Shown piece by piece: positions 1-9,125 of a stretch of 20,865 bases of DNA. The position numbers and the translations under genes were made by a program. Origin of the DNA: a virus; IMG/VR virus record IMGVR_UViG_3300038556_000043, positions 83,736-104,600 of that record. One strand, given 5' to 3'. Under the pieces are notes generated by a model. It did no database searches and was not told where the DNA came from. It saw only the letters and a list, made by a program, of their open reading frames with translations. The first letter of the stretch is position 1. The number at the start of each line of letters is the position of its first letter.

Positions 1-38
1 CGCTTTATGCCCAACTCTCTTTTTCGGTAAGCAGTACG

Positions 39-2903
39 ATGTACTTCCGTCTAAAGCGAAATTCTACCACGATTTCACTGGCTACAGGACAAACCGTAAT
101 CGCGTTGGGTGGGTACGAAAACTTTGACGTATTCAATCTCAACGTCAGCGGTAGCGTTCGCGACATTACCGACATTACGGGTACATTCTACAACGGCCAG
201 CTGCTTCATTTCCGCAATACCGGTACGGGTACTGTCAATTTTGTTCACGGCTCCCGGTTCAATACCGATGGCACGTATGCGATTCTGGTTGAGCCGAAGG
301 ATACGGTTGTTTTCGAGTTTTACGAAAACGTATTCTATCAGGTAACCGCTTCTTATTACCGTTCTGTTGCGATCACCTTACCTGGAGGTGGCGGCACAAC
401 CCCTGATTTGTCGGTTTATGTTCACAAGACAACCGACAAGGGTACGCTTGCTCAGGTATTGGCCGCTGATACGGCAAACAAATACGTGGACACGGTACTT
501 TTGAACACTTTTGCCAGACGTTTCAACAGGATTGGCCAGGGACAGACAATGGATCCTTTTTCTGTCTCCAACCAGCTGTACGGTCAGGACATTCCAGGTA
601 ATACAACCGTTTATCCTGCCACTTTCTTTTTCCTGCACAATCCTACCGAGAACTGCGTAAAATCAAAGTTTTTGTATGTAGGGCCAAATGACAATTCGGG
701 TTCGAGTTCCGAGGTTCACGGCGATGAAAACGGCATTGTTTACATGTACGCTTTGGTTTACGATGACGAAAACGATGCCAACTACGAAAGGGTTTTTCTT
801 AATGAAACCGAACTTTCTACTGGTGCAGATGTAGAAAACATAAGCGATCTGGATTACTGGAAAATACCGTTGCAGGTAGGGAAAAGCTACATTATCAATC
901 TTACCAGAAACTACAGCAACACTACCAACTATTACGATATCCATGTTTTTCAGTTGGCAGGTAGTAGCGGACCTTCGGGAGACTTTGTTGATAGGGTTAC
1001 TGATCAGTCAATAGATGGCATCAAAACGTTTTTGAAAACACTTGTATCCAATACTCAGGGCGGTGCTGTTATTGAGCAAGCGGCGTGGGACGATCTGGTA
1101 AACGAGGAGACATATCGAAAAATGTCTCTGTATATGATCAACCGGGCTAGCAAAGAAATCCTTGTTAGCTTTGATGCCGCAGAGGATCTTGCTGGTATTA
1201 TGTTTTCTGATCCGGATTTGGGGAACCAAGCCGGTATGACCTTTGGGGTTGCAGCCACAATAAACGCTGGTACTTACAAAGGCGTGAATATGTGTTATTC
1301 GCGCGGCGGGCTTTTAACCGGTTCCCTGCGACTATTCGTAAGGGATAACCTGTCTTTTATTAACACCTATTTTACAAGGGCCATTAGCCAAAAAATAGGT
1401 TCTTTCCCCAACAACATTGTTGTACTAAACATAGCGTCAAATGTTGTAACAATTGATCTGGGTGCATTTACAAATGGCAGGGCAATTCTTTCGCTGAATC
1501 AGAACGTCACTTTTGCAATTACCAATGCGGAAGAAAACCACGAGTACAAAATCTTTGTTACTACGGACGCTACGGCAAGAACCATTGCTTTGCCAGCCAA
1601 CAGTTTCAATCGCGGTTCTTTGACATTGGATGCCAGCAGCCGTTACGAGATTTATGTATACGTCGTATCGATAAGCAATGTCCTGAACTATATCTGGAAA
1701 ATAGAAAAGATAGACACAAACGCAGGTGGCGGCGGTACGACCGATCTTTCCAACTACGTAGACAAAACCACTGCCCAAAGCATCAACTCGGTAAAAACCT
1801 TTGATGTAAAACAGCAATTCACCTTGGGTATTGGCGGTACGCTATGGGCCGGAACTGGCAACCAGCTTGGTTATTTTGACAATTCCGGCAACCTTATCCG
1901 TTCTTCAATTGCGCTGAGCGATCTTCAAGCGGCGTTTGCTGTTTCAGGGGTTACATACGTATCCAAAAACGGGAACGACTCAACCGGTATTATCGGACGA
2001 ATAGACAAGCCCTTTCTTACAATAACAGCCGCTATTGCAGCCAGTCCTACCGATTACCAGATTATTGTTTTCCCTGGAACATATACCGAAAACCTTGTTA
2101 TTCCTGGCGGTACCAGTGCCAAGCGATTCTTTATTGACCTTACCGGTGTTACATTGGTAGGCAGCATTACATATGGCAGCTCCGGAAATTCATTTTCTGA
2201 CGGAAGTGTCTTATATGGCAACGGAAGTAGTTCAATCAATGGCGCTATTATAGCCAATGCTTCTGGCGCGCAAAACCTGTATATTGACAATTTTGTCACC
2301 TTATCCAATACAGGTTCTACCTTATTTTCAAACCCAACTTCGGCGGCCGGCAGATTCCGTATTTCCCGTATTCGACAAATCCAAACAACGGGAGCGGGCG
2401 TATTTGGTCAGGGTGCTTATTTTATAAACAACGTCGAATACATTACCGCAGACAGCAATATTGTTCCGGGTAACACGGCTGTTTCATTTGAAGAATTTTA
2501 CAATGTTGGCTTGGTAGAAAATACCGCAGCAGCAGGCTCCGGCACCGGTTTTATTTATCAAACCAATTCCGTAACCGTAAACTTCAAAAAAGTCAAAAAC
2601 GTAACCTTCAAATCAAACAATCACAATTTTAATTTTTGGGTAGGCACACATCGTTTTTTCAAATGCTATTTCTTGTCAGCAAGCGGAAACAATTTTTACA
2701 ACGCTACGGCTAATGGAAACAGCTTACAACTGGAAGGTTGTTGCTTGCAAACAAATGGAACACTAACACCTCTTCGTCTGGATTCTACTGGCACATGGAG
2801 AGCGTATAATAACGTGTTCAATGCTGCAACATTCAACGGCGGCACACAAGCCCTGGCAGGTGTTGGCAACAACTTTTCAGACACCGGATTTACAATTGAA
2901 TAA
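39..2903 (+). CDS. Modular tail fibre / receptor-binding protein with C-terminal right-handed beta-helix; probably 5'-truncated
   Basis: 954-aa G/T/N/S-rich ORF; frame is open from nt 3 (LYAQLSFSVSST-M), so the true start may lie outside the window. Gly linkers and recurring fibre motifs (DLSxYVxKTT, DQSIDGIKTF, AQSINSVKTF); YVSKNGNDSTG...KPFLTITAAIAA...IIVFPGTYTE is the typical N-cap of a pectate-lyase-like beta-helix. Confidence 0.8.
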   Translation: MYFRLKRNSTTISLATGQTVIALGGYENFDVFNLNVSGSVRDITDITGTFYNGQLLHFRNTGTGTVNFVHGSRFNTDGTYAILVEPKDTVVFEFYENVFYQVTASYYRSVAITLPGGGGTTPDLSVYVHKTTDKGTLAQVLAADTANKYVDTVLLNTFARRFNRIGQGQTMDPFSVSNQLYGQDIPGNTTVYPATFFFLHNPTENCVKSKFLYVGPNDNSGSSSEVHGDENGIVYMYALVYDDENDANYERVFLNETELSTGADVENISDLDYWKIPLQVGKSYIINLTRNYSNTTNYYDIHVFQLAGSSGPSGDFVDRVTDQSIDGIKTFLKTLVSNTQGGAVIEQAAWDDLVNEETYRKMSLYMINRASKEILVSFDAAEDLAGIMFSDPDLGNQAGMTFGVAATINAGTYKGVNMCYSRGGLLTGSLRLFVRDNLSFINTYFTRAISQKIGSFPNNIVVLNIASNVVTIDLGAFTNGRAILSLNQNVTFAITNAEENHEYKIFVTTDATARTIALPANSFNRGSLTLDASSRYEIYVYVVSISNVLNYIWKIEKIDTNAGGGGTTDLSNYVDKTTAQSINSVKTFDVKQQFTLGIGGTLWAGTGNQLGYFDNSGNLIRSSIALSDLQAAFAVSGVTYVSKNGNDSTGIIGRIDKPFLTITAAIAASPTDYQIIVFPGTYTENLVIPGGTSAKRFFIDLTGVTLVGSITYGSSGNSFSDGSVLYGNGSSSINGAIIANASGAQNLYIDNFVTLSNTGSTLFSNPTSAAGRFRISRIRQIQTTGAGVFGQGAYFINNVEYITADSNIVPGNTAVSFEEFYNVGLVENTAAAGSGTGFIYQTNSVTVNFKKVKNVTFKSNNHNFNFWVGTHRFFKCYFLSASGNNFYNATANGNSLQLEGCCLQTNGTLTPLRLDSTGTWRAYNNVFNAATFNGGTQALAGVGNNFSDTGFTIE

Positions 2904-2906
2904 TTT

Positions 2907-3959
2907 ATGGAGCATATTATTAATAGCTTTTTAAAGTTTGTTTCAGGTGCATTAAGCTTTACCGGTACCTCTGTCAAATTCACAAACCTTGCTGGATCTG
3001 GACAGAGAGTTTTGGGTGTCAACAACGATGGGACATTGGCTGATACAGCAATACCTGTCACAAGTCTTGCCCGAGCATTTACATATTCCAATATTTTATA
3101 TGTAAACTCTGCCGGCAATAACACCACTGCCCAGGTTGGCAGGTACGATCTGCCTTACGCGACTTTGGCCGCTGCACACACAGCTGCATCACTAGGCGAT
3201 AAAATCATATTGCTTGGCTCCATTAACGAGAGCGTTACTATCAGCAAGTTTGTGTATCTGGTATTTGCGTATGGGGCCTCCTATACAGGAACATTAACCG
3301 GATCTGGCAACCAATTGAATTTGTCTTCGGATGGTACGGGCAGGGTTTTAAATACTGCCGTAATTAATAATCAGAACGGGTTGGTGGCTTCCGGATTTTT
3401 GGAATTTAAAGGATCAATTGTCCATTCCAATTCGGTAAACACCACTATATCAAACTGCAAAGATGTGGCATTGACGAACATGAGTTTGTTTAACTCTTTG
3501 ATTCGTTTTGTCAATATTGAGACACTTGATTATCAAAGCAGTACAAATCCAGGTGCAAACACTATCTGGTTGCAGGATGTAAAAATGTTCACCCCTACTG
3601 CCGGATTAGGCAATTCATTGTACAGGATACGAATGATTGCAGAAAGAACCAATTTTACAATTGGGAACATCACGCTACTTTCGTTTACCCAAGGCGAAAA
3701 TTATTTTTCGGACTGCAAGTTTAAGATTACAGGTTCTCAACCTTTGATTAACGATACGGTAAATACATCCAAACAAACATTTTTAAGATGTGAGTTTCAG
3801 ACAACATCTGGTTCGCCTCCTGCTTCAATCGTTTCATATACGCAAACCATAAGAATTGAGGTCTATTATTTCAGATACAATATAGCGACTTTTAATTCCG
3901 GAGGCACATTAGTAACTCAATACAGTACCCAGGATTCCAATGTTTCATTAAACTATTAA
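2907..3959 (+). CDS. Beta-helix tail spike/fibre tip protein, paralogue of the C-terminal part of the upstream fibre
   Basis: 350 aa; LYVNSAGNNTTAQVGRYDLPYATLAAAHTAA...KIILLG matches the upstream gene's beta-helix cap; both end with an NxATFNxG motif; starts 3 nt after the upstream stop. Confidence 0.75.
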   Translation: MEHIINSFLKFVSGALSFTGTSVKFTNLAGSGQRVLGVNNDGTLADTAIPVTSLARAFTYSNILYVNSAGNNTTAQVGRYDLPYATLAAAHTAASLGDKIILLGSINESVTISKFVYLVFAYGASYTGTLTGSGNQLNLSSDGTGRVLNTAVINNQNGLVASGFLEFKGSIVHSNSVNTTISNCKDVALTNMSLFNSLIRFVNIETLDYQSSTNPGANTIWLQDVKMFTPTAGLGNSLYRIRMIAERTNFTIGNITLLSFTQGENYFSDCKFKITGSQPLINDTVNTSKQTFLRCEFQTTSGSPPASIVSYTQTIRIEVYYFRYNIATFNSGGTLVTQYSTQDSNVSLNY

Positions 3960-3965
3960 AAAAAA

Positions 3966-4349
3966 ATGTACAATCTAGGATCATTTATCGTAAGCGACAA
4001 CGAATCTTCCAAAGTAGAAATCAAGATTCAAAAATTCATTGTAGATGCAGAAGGCAAACTTGTCATTCTTTACGATGTACTCACGCATGACAAAATTGCC
4101 AACCGGATCAATCCTGTAACGCTGGATTTTGCCGTTACCGATTCGAGTTACCGGGTTAATGTAGTGGATGCTCAGGGCAATCCCGTTCCGGTGGAGGAAG
4201 GCAGCCAGGTGCAAAAAACCATTGGTAATTTTGATTTTCTTTACCGCGTTTTGTTTTTGCCATACCTGAAAAATGCATTGCAGCAAGCAATGGTTTGTCA
4301 CTACAAAAACGAGGTAAATCCGTTAACTTATGTAGAAACAGCTTCGTAA
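3966..4349 (+). CDS. Hypothetical protein, possible fibre assembly chaperone
   Basis: 127 aa, tightly packed after fibre genes with A-rich leader; function inferred from position only. Confidence 0.6.
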   Translation: MYNLGSFIVSDNESSKVEIKIQKFIVDAEGKLVILYDVLTHDKIANRINPVTLDFAVTDSSYRVNVVDAQGNPVPVEEGSQVQKTIGNFDFLYRVLFLPYLKNALQQAMVCHYKNEVNPLTYVETAS

Positions 4350-4350
4350 C

Positions 4351-4737
4351 ATGGGAATTGTATTGTTTTTGGTTGCTGTAGTTATCAAATGGGTTTTGTT
4401 TCCGTTTGCTGTGCTTTACAATGTTGTTAATGTGGTTTGGAACTACCCTTTAAAGATGTGGTACAAATGCTTGGAAAGGGATGCGTACAGGGCCGCTTAC
4501 TCAATAGACCAGCAAGGCAATACAATGTACCATCGAATGCTGAACGATTTTTTTATCAAGCGTACTTCCGCTGATAAATTTGGAAATCCCGATGAAACTA
4601 TTTCTTCGGTTCTGGGAAAAAACAAATTGACCGATTCTCTTACAGGTATGGGCATTTTGCTTGCAAATATTTTGGATGCACTGGATAAAAACCATGTAAC
4701 AAAATCCATTGAGCAAAATAATAAACCCAGTATATAA
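4351..4737 (+). CDS. Phage hypothetical protein with hydrophobic N-terminus
   Basis: N-terminal hydrophobic stretch followed by SIDQQGN...FGNPDETISSVLGKNK...LD..DKNH..KSI, a pattern I recall from small phage proteins near tail/lysis genes. Confidence 0.7.
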   Translation: MGIVLFLVAVVIKWVLFPFAVLYNVVNVVWNYPLKMWYKCLERDAYRAAYSIDQQGNTMYHRMLNDFFIKRTSADKFGNPDETISSVLGKNKLTDSLTGMGILLANILDALDKNHVTKSIEQNNKPSI

Positions 4738-4754
4738 GAAAATTGATTGATATT
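4734..4754 (+). promoter_or_regulatory. 21-bp repeated motif ATAAGAAAATTGATTGATATT (candidate phage promoter/operator), copy 1
   Basis: Near-identical copies at 16701-16721, 19619-19639 and 15743-15763 (all - strand). Confidence 0.6.
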
Positions 4755-4765
4755 TGTCCCTCCAT

Positions 4766-4801
4766 TGGCCGTCAATCGTGTGAAAACATCATTGGCGGCC
4801 A
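4766..4801 (+). promoter_or_regulatory. Leader RNA hairpin with GAAA tetraloop
   Basis: TGGCCGTCAAT (4766-4776) pairs with ATTGGCGGCCA (4791-4801) with one G-U; inner GTGT-GAAA-ACAT; no U-tract afterwards. Confidence 0.55.
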
Positions 4802-4824
4802 TATCAGAAAATACAACAATACCA

Positions 4825-7371
4825 ATGGGATTAACCGCGCATCAAACCAAATTAATGTTAGATGGGGCTCAGGTTAGCGGAGGATCGGGAGGTGGTTCTA
4901 GTCTGGCCACTCCTGTGCTTTCCGCTTTTTCCGGAGTAACTTCTTCATCAATTACGATCAATTGGGGTGCTGTAGCCAACGCGACGTATTACACTCTTGA
5001 ATTTAGCTTGAACGGTTCTTCGGGCTGGACTCAGATTGGTGGAAACATCACAGGAACAAGCTACTCACACAATACCGGTCTTTCGGCCTCGACTACTTAT
5101 TATTACCGTGTTACAGCTAAAAACGCCACACTGACAAGCCCAACAAGTTCGGTTGCTTCTCAGGCTACTTCTGCTGCAGCTGGCGGTGGCGCATCCAGTA
5201 TCACACTGGCGGGTATATCACTGGATGGTTCGGCATTTCTTTCCTGGCGTCCTAGCGGGATTACAGGTACGCCAACCTACGATGTGCAACGGCTGGTTGT
5301 TGCTACCGGAAACTGGGTTTCATTGGCCACTACAACCAATACCCAATATACCGACCCCTCTCTTTCCAATGGGGATTATTCCACATACCGGATCGTGACA
5401 GGTGCAACAATTTCTCCTACTATCCTGATTGCTCCGGAAGAAGGTAGCATAGGGGAATCGACACTTGCGGCTCCTACCGATATTTCGGCCTTCTGCGTCG
5501 CCAGTGCAAAGACCTGGCTGATATGGAAGAAAGCGAATTACATGGATAGGCTTTCGTGGGTTGTTGAATGGAAGCAAGGTTCGGGCGGTACCTGGACCGA
5601 ACTGGTCACTTACGATCCTGTTGTTTGTACCCGAGGTGCATACGGTAGCGATTCGGCTTATTCGGAAAAGCGCAAAGTTGAAGCTCAGCGTTACCATGAG
5701 CATGTGTATTCATCGGCTCTTTCGGGAACCTTGTTTTACCGTATCAAAGCACGTTATGCCAACATCATTGAATCTGCCTACAGTTCGGAAGTTTCGGTAA
5801 CCGTACAGGGTCAGTACATTACAACAACGCTGGCCAACCTGAAAACGCAGTATGACAATGCTACCGCCAACACCGGCAATGCTTTTGTTATCGCGGCAAA
5901 CGAAGCCCTTTCAACCTCGGCCAGCATCACCCTGAAAAGAGGTGTGAGCATTATTGTGAACAATGGTGTTACCGCCACTGTCAACTACAGCGGCCAGGGT
6001 CAATACTCATGGGATAAGGCTTGGTTGGAATACAGTGCCGGCAGCAGTTCGGATCAACTGAATATTGAAGTTTCGGGCATTCGCTTGGATGCTGGAGAAT
6101 ATGTTGGACGTTGCGCCATTGCCACTACCAACGCCAAAAACTTTGTCATCCGGAACTTTACCGTATTTCGAACATTCTGGCAAGGAATAGCCATCAGCGG
6201 TACAGTTGGGGGAGGTACGGCAAAGAATGTCGTGCTGATCGGTTGCGCATTTACCAATGCCGGATACGGGCCTCCGGATGAAGCAGGAGATACCTGGGCA
6301 GACGAAGGCAATAGTTTCATTGGCATGACCGTTTTGCGAGGCCATACAACCAATGTGCAGATATTCAACTGTACCTACACTACGGTCGATTCTTCTTCCG
6401 GTCATACTACTCACCAAAGAGGATACGGCATCAAAGCCCTGATCAACTATATTGATACAAACTCTGGAAATTATTACAATCTTCTGGATAGTGTAATGAT
6501 ATGGAGCTGCACGTTTGTAATGGGCAATCGTTTGTGGCAGGGCGCTTCGCCTCAGTTTCCTATCGAATTTTGGGCATTGGAAACAATTTTGTGTATTGTC
6601 TTTAACTGTTATCTGGAAAATGCTCAGTCTTACGAGCATAGAAACAGCGTAAACATGAGCGCAAAATACAATATCCGTACCATTTGTAATGATGTAAAAA
6701 TCAATTACAAACAAAGTATAGAATTGTCCAATCACAAGATTTGGGTACAGCGCAATTTCATTGATCACCGATCTTCCACCGGTGGCGAGGAATGTTTTGG
6801 CGACTACAACAAACCTAGTAGTGGCTATGTGACCTCTTTTGATCAAATCATTGAGGAAAACCTGGTTTACATGGGTAACACTCCGATCTTTATCACAGAC
6901 CGCAATATTGCCAATGGCCGTATTGTTCGCAGAAATACCGTTATCTGGTCAGGAGACTTTTATGCCTTCTGGAATCTTCGTACTTATGACGACGGAAGCG
7001 CGGTAAACATTCCTGTCAATCCAAGGGTGGAAAACAACGCTATTTCTAGCGGCGTTTCCGGAGCAAAATATCTTTTCCGTCTTTCGACCGACAGCAACGG
7101 CGGTGGATTTTTGAACTATGGCAATGGCCAAGCAACCATTTCAGGTACTTGCCGGGTAAACGGAAATATTTGGAACAACACCGTAAACCTGCCTCCTACC
7201 AACTGGACAAATACCGGTAACGCCTTTGGTACGGCCCCTGCTTTTGCTGGTGGAACAAATGACTTGACAAAATCTCGTCCGGCCGCTGGTGGAAACCTTG
7301 TCAACGCCGGCGTGAAAGATGGCAAGGCATATAACGGGACTCTTCCGGATCGGGGATACATCGAACTCTAA
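4825..7371 (+). CDS. FN3-repeat plus right-handed beta-helix protein (putative virion adhesin / polysaccharide depolymerase)
   Basis: ATG at 4825 preferred over TTG 4747, which runs through the hairpin. Three fibronectin-III-like units (SITINW...YYYRVTA; LSWRP...YRIV; LIWK...YRIKARY) then beta-helix-like repeats; C-terminal PAAGGNLVNAG...PDRGYIE resembles the SPxIDAG...PDIGAYE cap of bacterial beta-helix proteins. Confidence 0.75.
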   Translation: MGLTAHQTKLMLDGAQVSGGSGGGSSLATPVLSAFSGVTSSSITINWGAVANATYYTLEFSLNGSSGWTQIGGNITGTSYSHNTGLSASTTYYYRVTAKNATLTSPTSSVASQATSAAAGGGASSITLAGISLDGSAFLSWRPSGITGTPTYDVQRLVVATGNWVSLATTTNTQYTDPSLSNGDYSTYRIVTGATISPTILIAPEEGSIGESTLAAPTDISAFCVASAKTWLIWKKANYMDRLSWVVEWKQGSGGTWTELVTYDPVVCTRGAYGSDSAYSEKRKVEAQRYHEHVYSSALSGTLFYRIKARYANIIESAYSSEVSVTVQGQYITTTLANLKTQYDNATANTGNAFVIAANEALSTSASITLKRGVSIIVNNGVTATVNYSGQGQYSWDKAWLEYSAGSSSDQLNIEVSGIRLDAGEYVGRCAIATTNAKNFVIRNFTVFRTFWQGIAISGTVGGGTAKNVVLIGCAFTNAGYGPPDEAGDTWADEGNSFIGMTVLRGHTTNVQIFNCTYTTVDSSSGHTTHQRGYGIKALINYIDTNSGNYYNLLDSVMIWSCTFVMGNRLWQGASPQFPIEFWALETILCIVFNCYLENAQSYEHRNSVNMSAKYNIRTICNDVKINYKQSIELSNHKIWVQRNFIDHRSSTGGEECFGDYNKPSSGYVTSFDQIIEENLVYMGNTPIFITDRNIANGRIVRRNTVIWSGDFYAFWNLRTYDDGSAVNIPVNPRVENNAISSGVSGAKYLFRLSTDSNGGGFLNYGNGQATISGTCRVNGNIWNNTVNLPPTNWTNTGNAFGTAPAFAGGTNDLTKSRPAAGGNLVNAGVKDGKAYNGTLPDRGYIEL

Positions 7372-7392
7372 TCTTTAACCTTTTATAAATTT

Positions 7393-7671
7393 ATGTCAGA
7401 AGAAAAGAAAAAACTGGACTCAGAAGATTTACAATTGCTGAAAATTTTTCAAGCAATTAAAGCTGGCCAAAACAAACTGGATTGGCACCGCGACTGTCAG
7501 GTATTGCAATACAAGCTAATGGGCGCGGGAGATATTGGCTCAATCGATGACGAGGATTGGGATAAGGCAATGAAGTTTATAGAACTCGATGTAGCCGCCA
7601 AACGTGCAGAAGCCGATAAGATTGAAGCCGAACACGCGGTTTTGCTGGCAAAATATCCGTATTCCACTTAA
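7393..7671 (+). CDS. Hypothetical protein (small, helical, charged)
   Basis: 92-aa ORF with AT-rich leader, followed by a terminator. Confidence 0.65.
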   Translation: MSEEKKKLDSEDLQLLKIFQAIKAGQNKLDWHRDCQVLQYKLMGAGDIGSIDDEDWDKAMKFIELDVAAKRAEADKIEAEHAVLLAKYPYST

Positions 7672-7687
7672 TACGAGTTGTTTTGCA

Positions 7688-7727
7688 AAATAAAAATAGG
7701 CGTCTGGAAGGACGTCTATTTTTATTT
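7688..7727 (+). terminator. Intrinsic terminator (symmetric, potentially bidirectional)
   Basis: AAATAAAAATAGGCGTCT-GGAA-GGACGTCTATTTTTATTT: 18-bp stem with two G-U pairs, GNRA loop, T-rich 3' side. Confidence 0.75.
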
Positions 7728-7826
7728 GTAACATTATTAGTTTTTTAATTAATATTAATGCATTATTTTTATGATCAGTTATCTTTTTGTCAACATATCC
7801 ACACATTTATCAACAATCTTATTGAT

Positions 7827-8150
7827 ATGAACGAAAATCCAAATGTTACCCGAATAAAAAAAGACATTGAAGAAATGACTTACAAAAACCAGATGCTTGA
7901 AGATTTGAAGAATCCTTTTACTGTTTTTGGTCTTGTTGTTCTTCTGGCCTTCATTATTGGTTTCTGGTTTTTTGCCGATGACTATACTCATGAAGCTTGG
8001 CTTTGGGTTTGTCGTTTTCTGGCCCCTCTGATTTTGATTGGCTGGAATGTAGGCAATGCTATTTACGCCAAAATTACCCGTAAGCGTTTGCAAGAAAACC
8101 TGGATATGCTTTCGGATACGGAGACTGGCGAGAAAGGAGAAAGTCAATGA
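7827..8150 (+). CDS. Two-TM membrane protein (lysis-associated?)
   Basis: ATG 7827 preferred; two hydrophobic segments (PFTVFGLVVLLAFIIGFWFF; AWLWVCRFLAPLILIGW); ATGA overlap with next gene. Confidence 0.7.
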   Translation: MNENPNVTRIKKDIEEMTYKNQMLEDLKNPFTVFGLVVLLAFIIGFWFFADDYTHEAWLWVCRFLAPLILIGWNVGNAIYAKITRKRLQENLDMLSDTETGEKGESQ

Positions 8151-8566
8151 TTCATTTATTGTCTTTGCTTTCTTCTTTTTTGGGAGCAAACCTTGTTTTG
8201 CTTTACGACTGGCTGACAGATTTCCGGCTTATTGAATTTAAAAAAAAGTCACCCAACCATGCCAAAGGTCTTGTTTACCGGGCCATAGGGCTTCTTGTCG
8301 CCAGTATTCCCATTTACTTTATTGGCGATATTTATATCATTGGCCTTTACCTTTTTGATGTGTGTGTTTATTACTGGATTATGTTCGATCCTGGTTTGAA
8401 CCTGCTTCGGGATAGAGACTTTTTCTACAAAGGCATTTCGTCAGATCCCGAAGAAGATGCTTGGTTTGATGAACAATTTGAAAAGACCGATCCTAAAAAG
8501 CTTCTCAAAAGCAAAATCGCTCTTTTCATTATATTAACTTTCTTATTGATATTAATATGGAATTAG
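8147..8566 (+). CDS. Multi-TM membrane protein
   Basis: 139 aa with 3-4 hydrophobic segments; overlaps the endolysin start. Confidence 0.7.
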   Translation: MIHLLSLLSSFLGANLVLLYDWLTDFRLIEFKKKSPNHAKGLVYRAIGLLVASIPIYFIGDIYIIGLYLFDVCVYYWIMFDPGLNLLRDRDFFYKGISSDPEEDAWFDEQFEKTDPKKLLKSKIALFIILTFLLILIWN

Positions 8567-9114
8567 TCAGTGAGTTAAAAAAAGAAATCGTAACCGTTGC
8601 CAAAAAGTACAACGGCCTCAAGGAGATCCCGGGCAACCAAGGATTTTACGACAAGGCTTTTGAGCAACGTTCGAAGCAAGCGGGCTTTCAAAAAGGCTTC
8701 GCTTGGTGCATGATTGCTTGCGAGGTGTTTCTGATCGAAGCAATTGAAAATATCGAAAAAAAGTATGGCAAAGATTTGACAAAGCTTAAAAACGAAGTCA
8801 AAACCGAAATCACGCCATCTACCATCGGTACCTGGAACAACTTCAAAGAATCGGTTTCGTTCCTTCGCCTTACGGCAAATCCGTTACCTGGAGACATTGT
8901 GATCTGGGTAAACACTGCCAGCCGGGGAACGGGTCATGCCGGCATTGTGATCGGCGTTCTTTCCAATGGTTCTTTCCAGACCATTGAAGGCAATACCAAC
9001 AATGACGGCAGCCGCGAAGGTAATCAGATTGCCATTAAGTCACGTCTGGTTGAACGTGACGGAAAAGGTCTTGACGTCCTGGGATTCATCCGAATCAAGG
9101 AAGGGGTTATTTAA
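8557..9114 (+). CDS. Endolysin, CHAP-family amidase/peptidase
   Basis: Catalytic Cys in AWCMIAC, PGDIVIW, His in GTGHAGIV, and TIEGNT motif. Confidence 0.88.
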   Translation: MELVSELKKEIVTVAKKYNGLKEIPGNQGFYDKAFEQRSKQAGFQKGFAWCMIACEVFLIEAIENIEKKYGKDLTKLKNEVKTEITPSTIGTWNNFKESVSFLRLTANPLPGDIVIWVNTASRGTGHAGIVIGVLSNGSFQTIEGNTNNDGSREGNQIAIKSRLVERDGKGLDVLGFIRIKEGVI

Positions 9115-9125
9115 TTTATTGAGCA

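Noticed and set aside
3958-3966. A9 run before an ATG as a phase-variation tract
   Set aside because: Essentially intergenic; A-rich leaders are normal for Bacteroidota-type translation initiation.
6007-6846. 279-aa antisense ORF and the other short alternative-frame ORFs
   Set aside because: Shadows of well-supported genes with no recognisable motifs.
39-7371. Diversity-generating retroelement or invertible fibre cassette
   Set aside because: No nucleotide-level template/variable repeat pair, reverse transcriptase, invertase or inverted cassette seen; similarity is at protein level only.
8236-8248. Slippery A-AAA-AAG sequence in a membrane protein gene
   Set aside because: The -1 frame closes after a short non-descript peptide and no stimulatory structure is evident.
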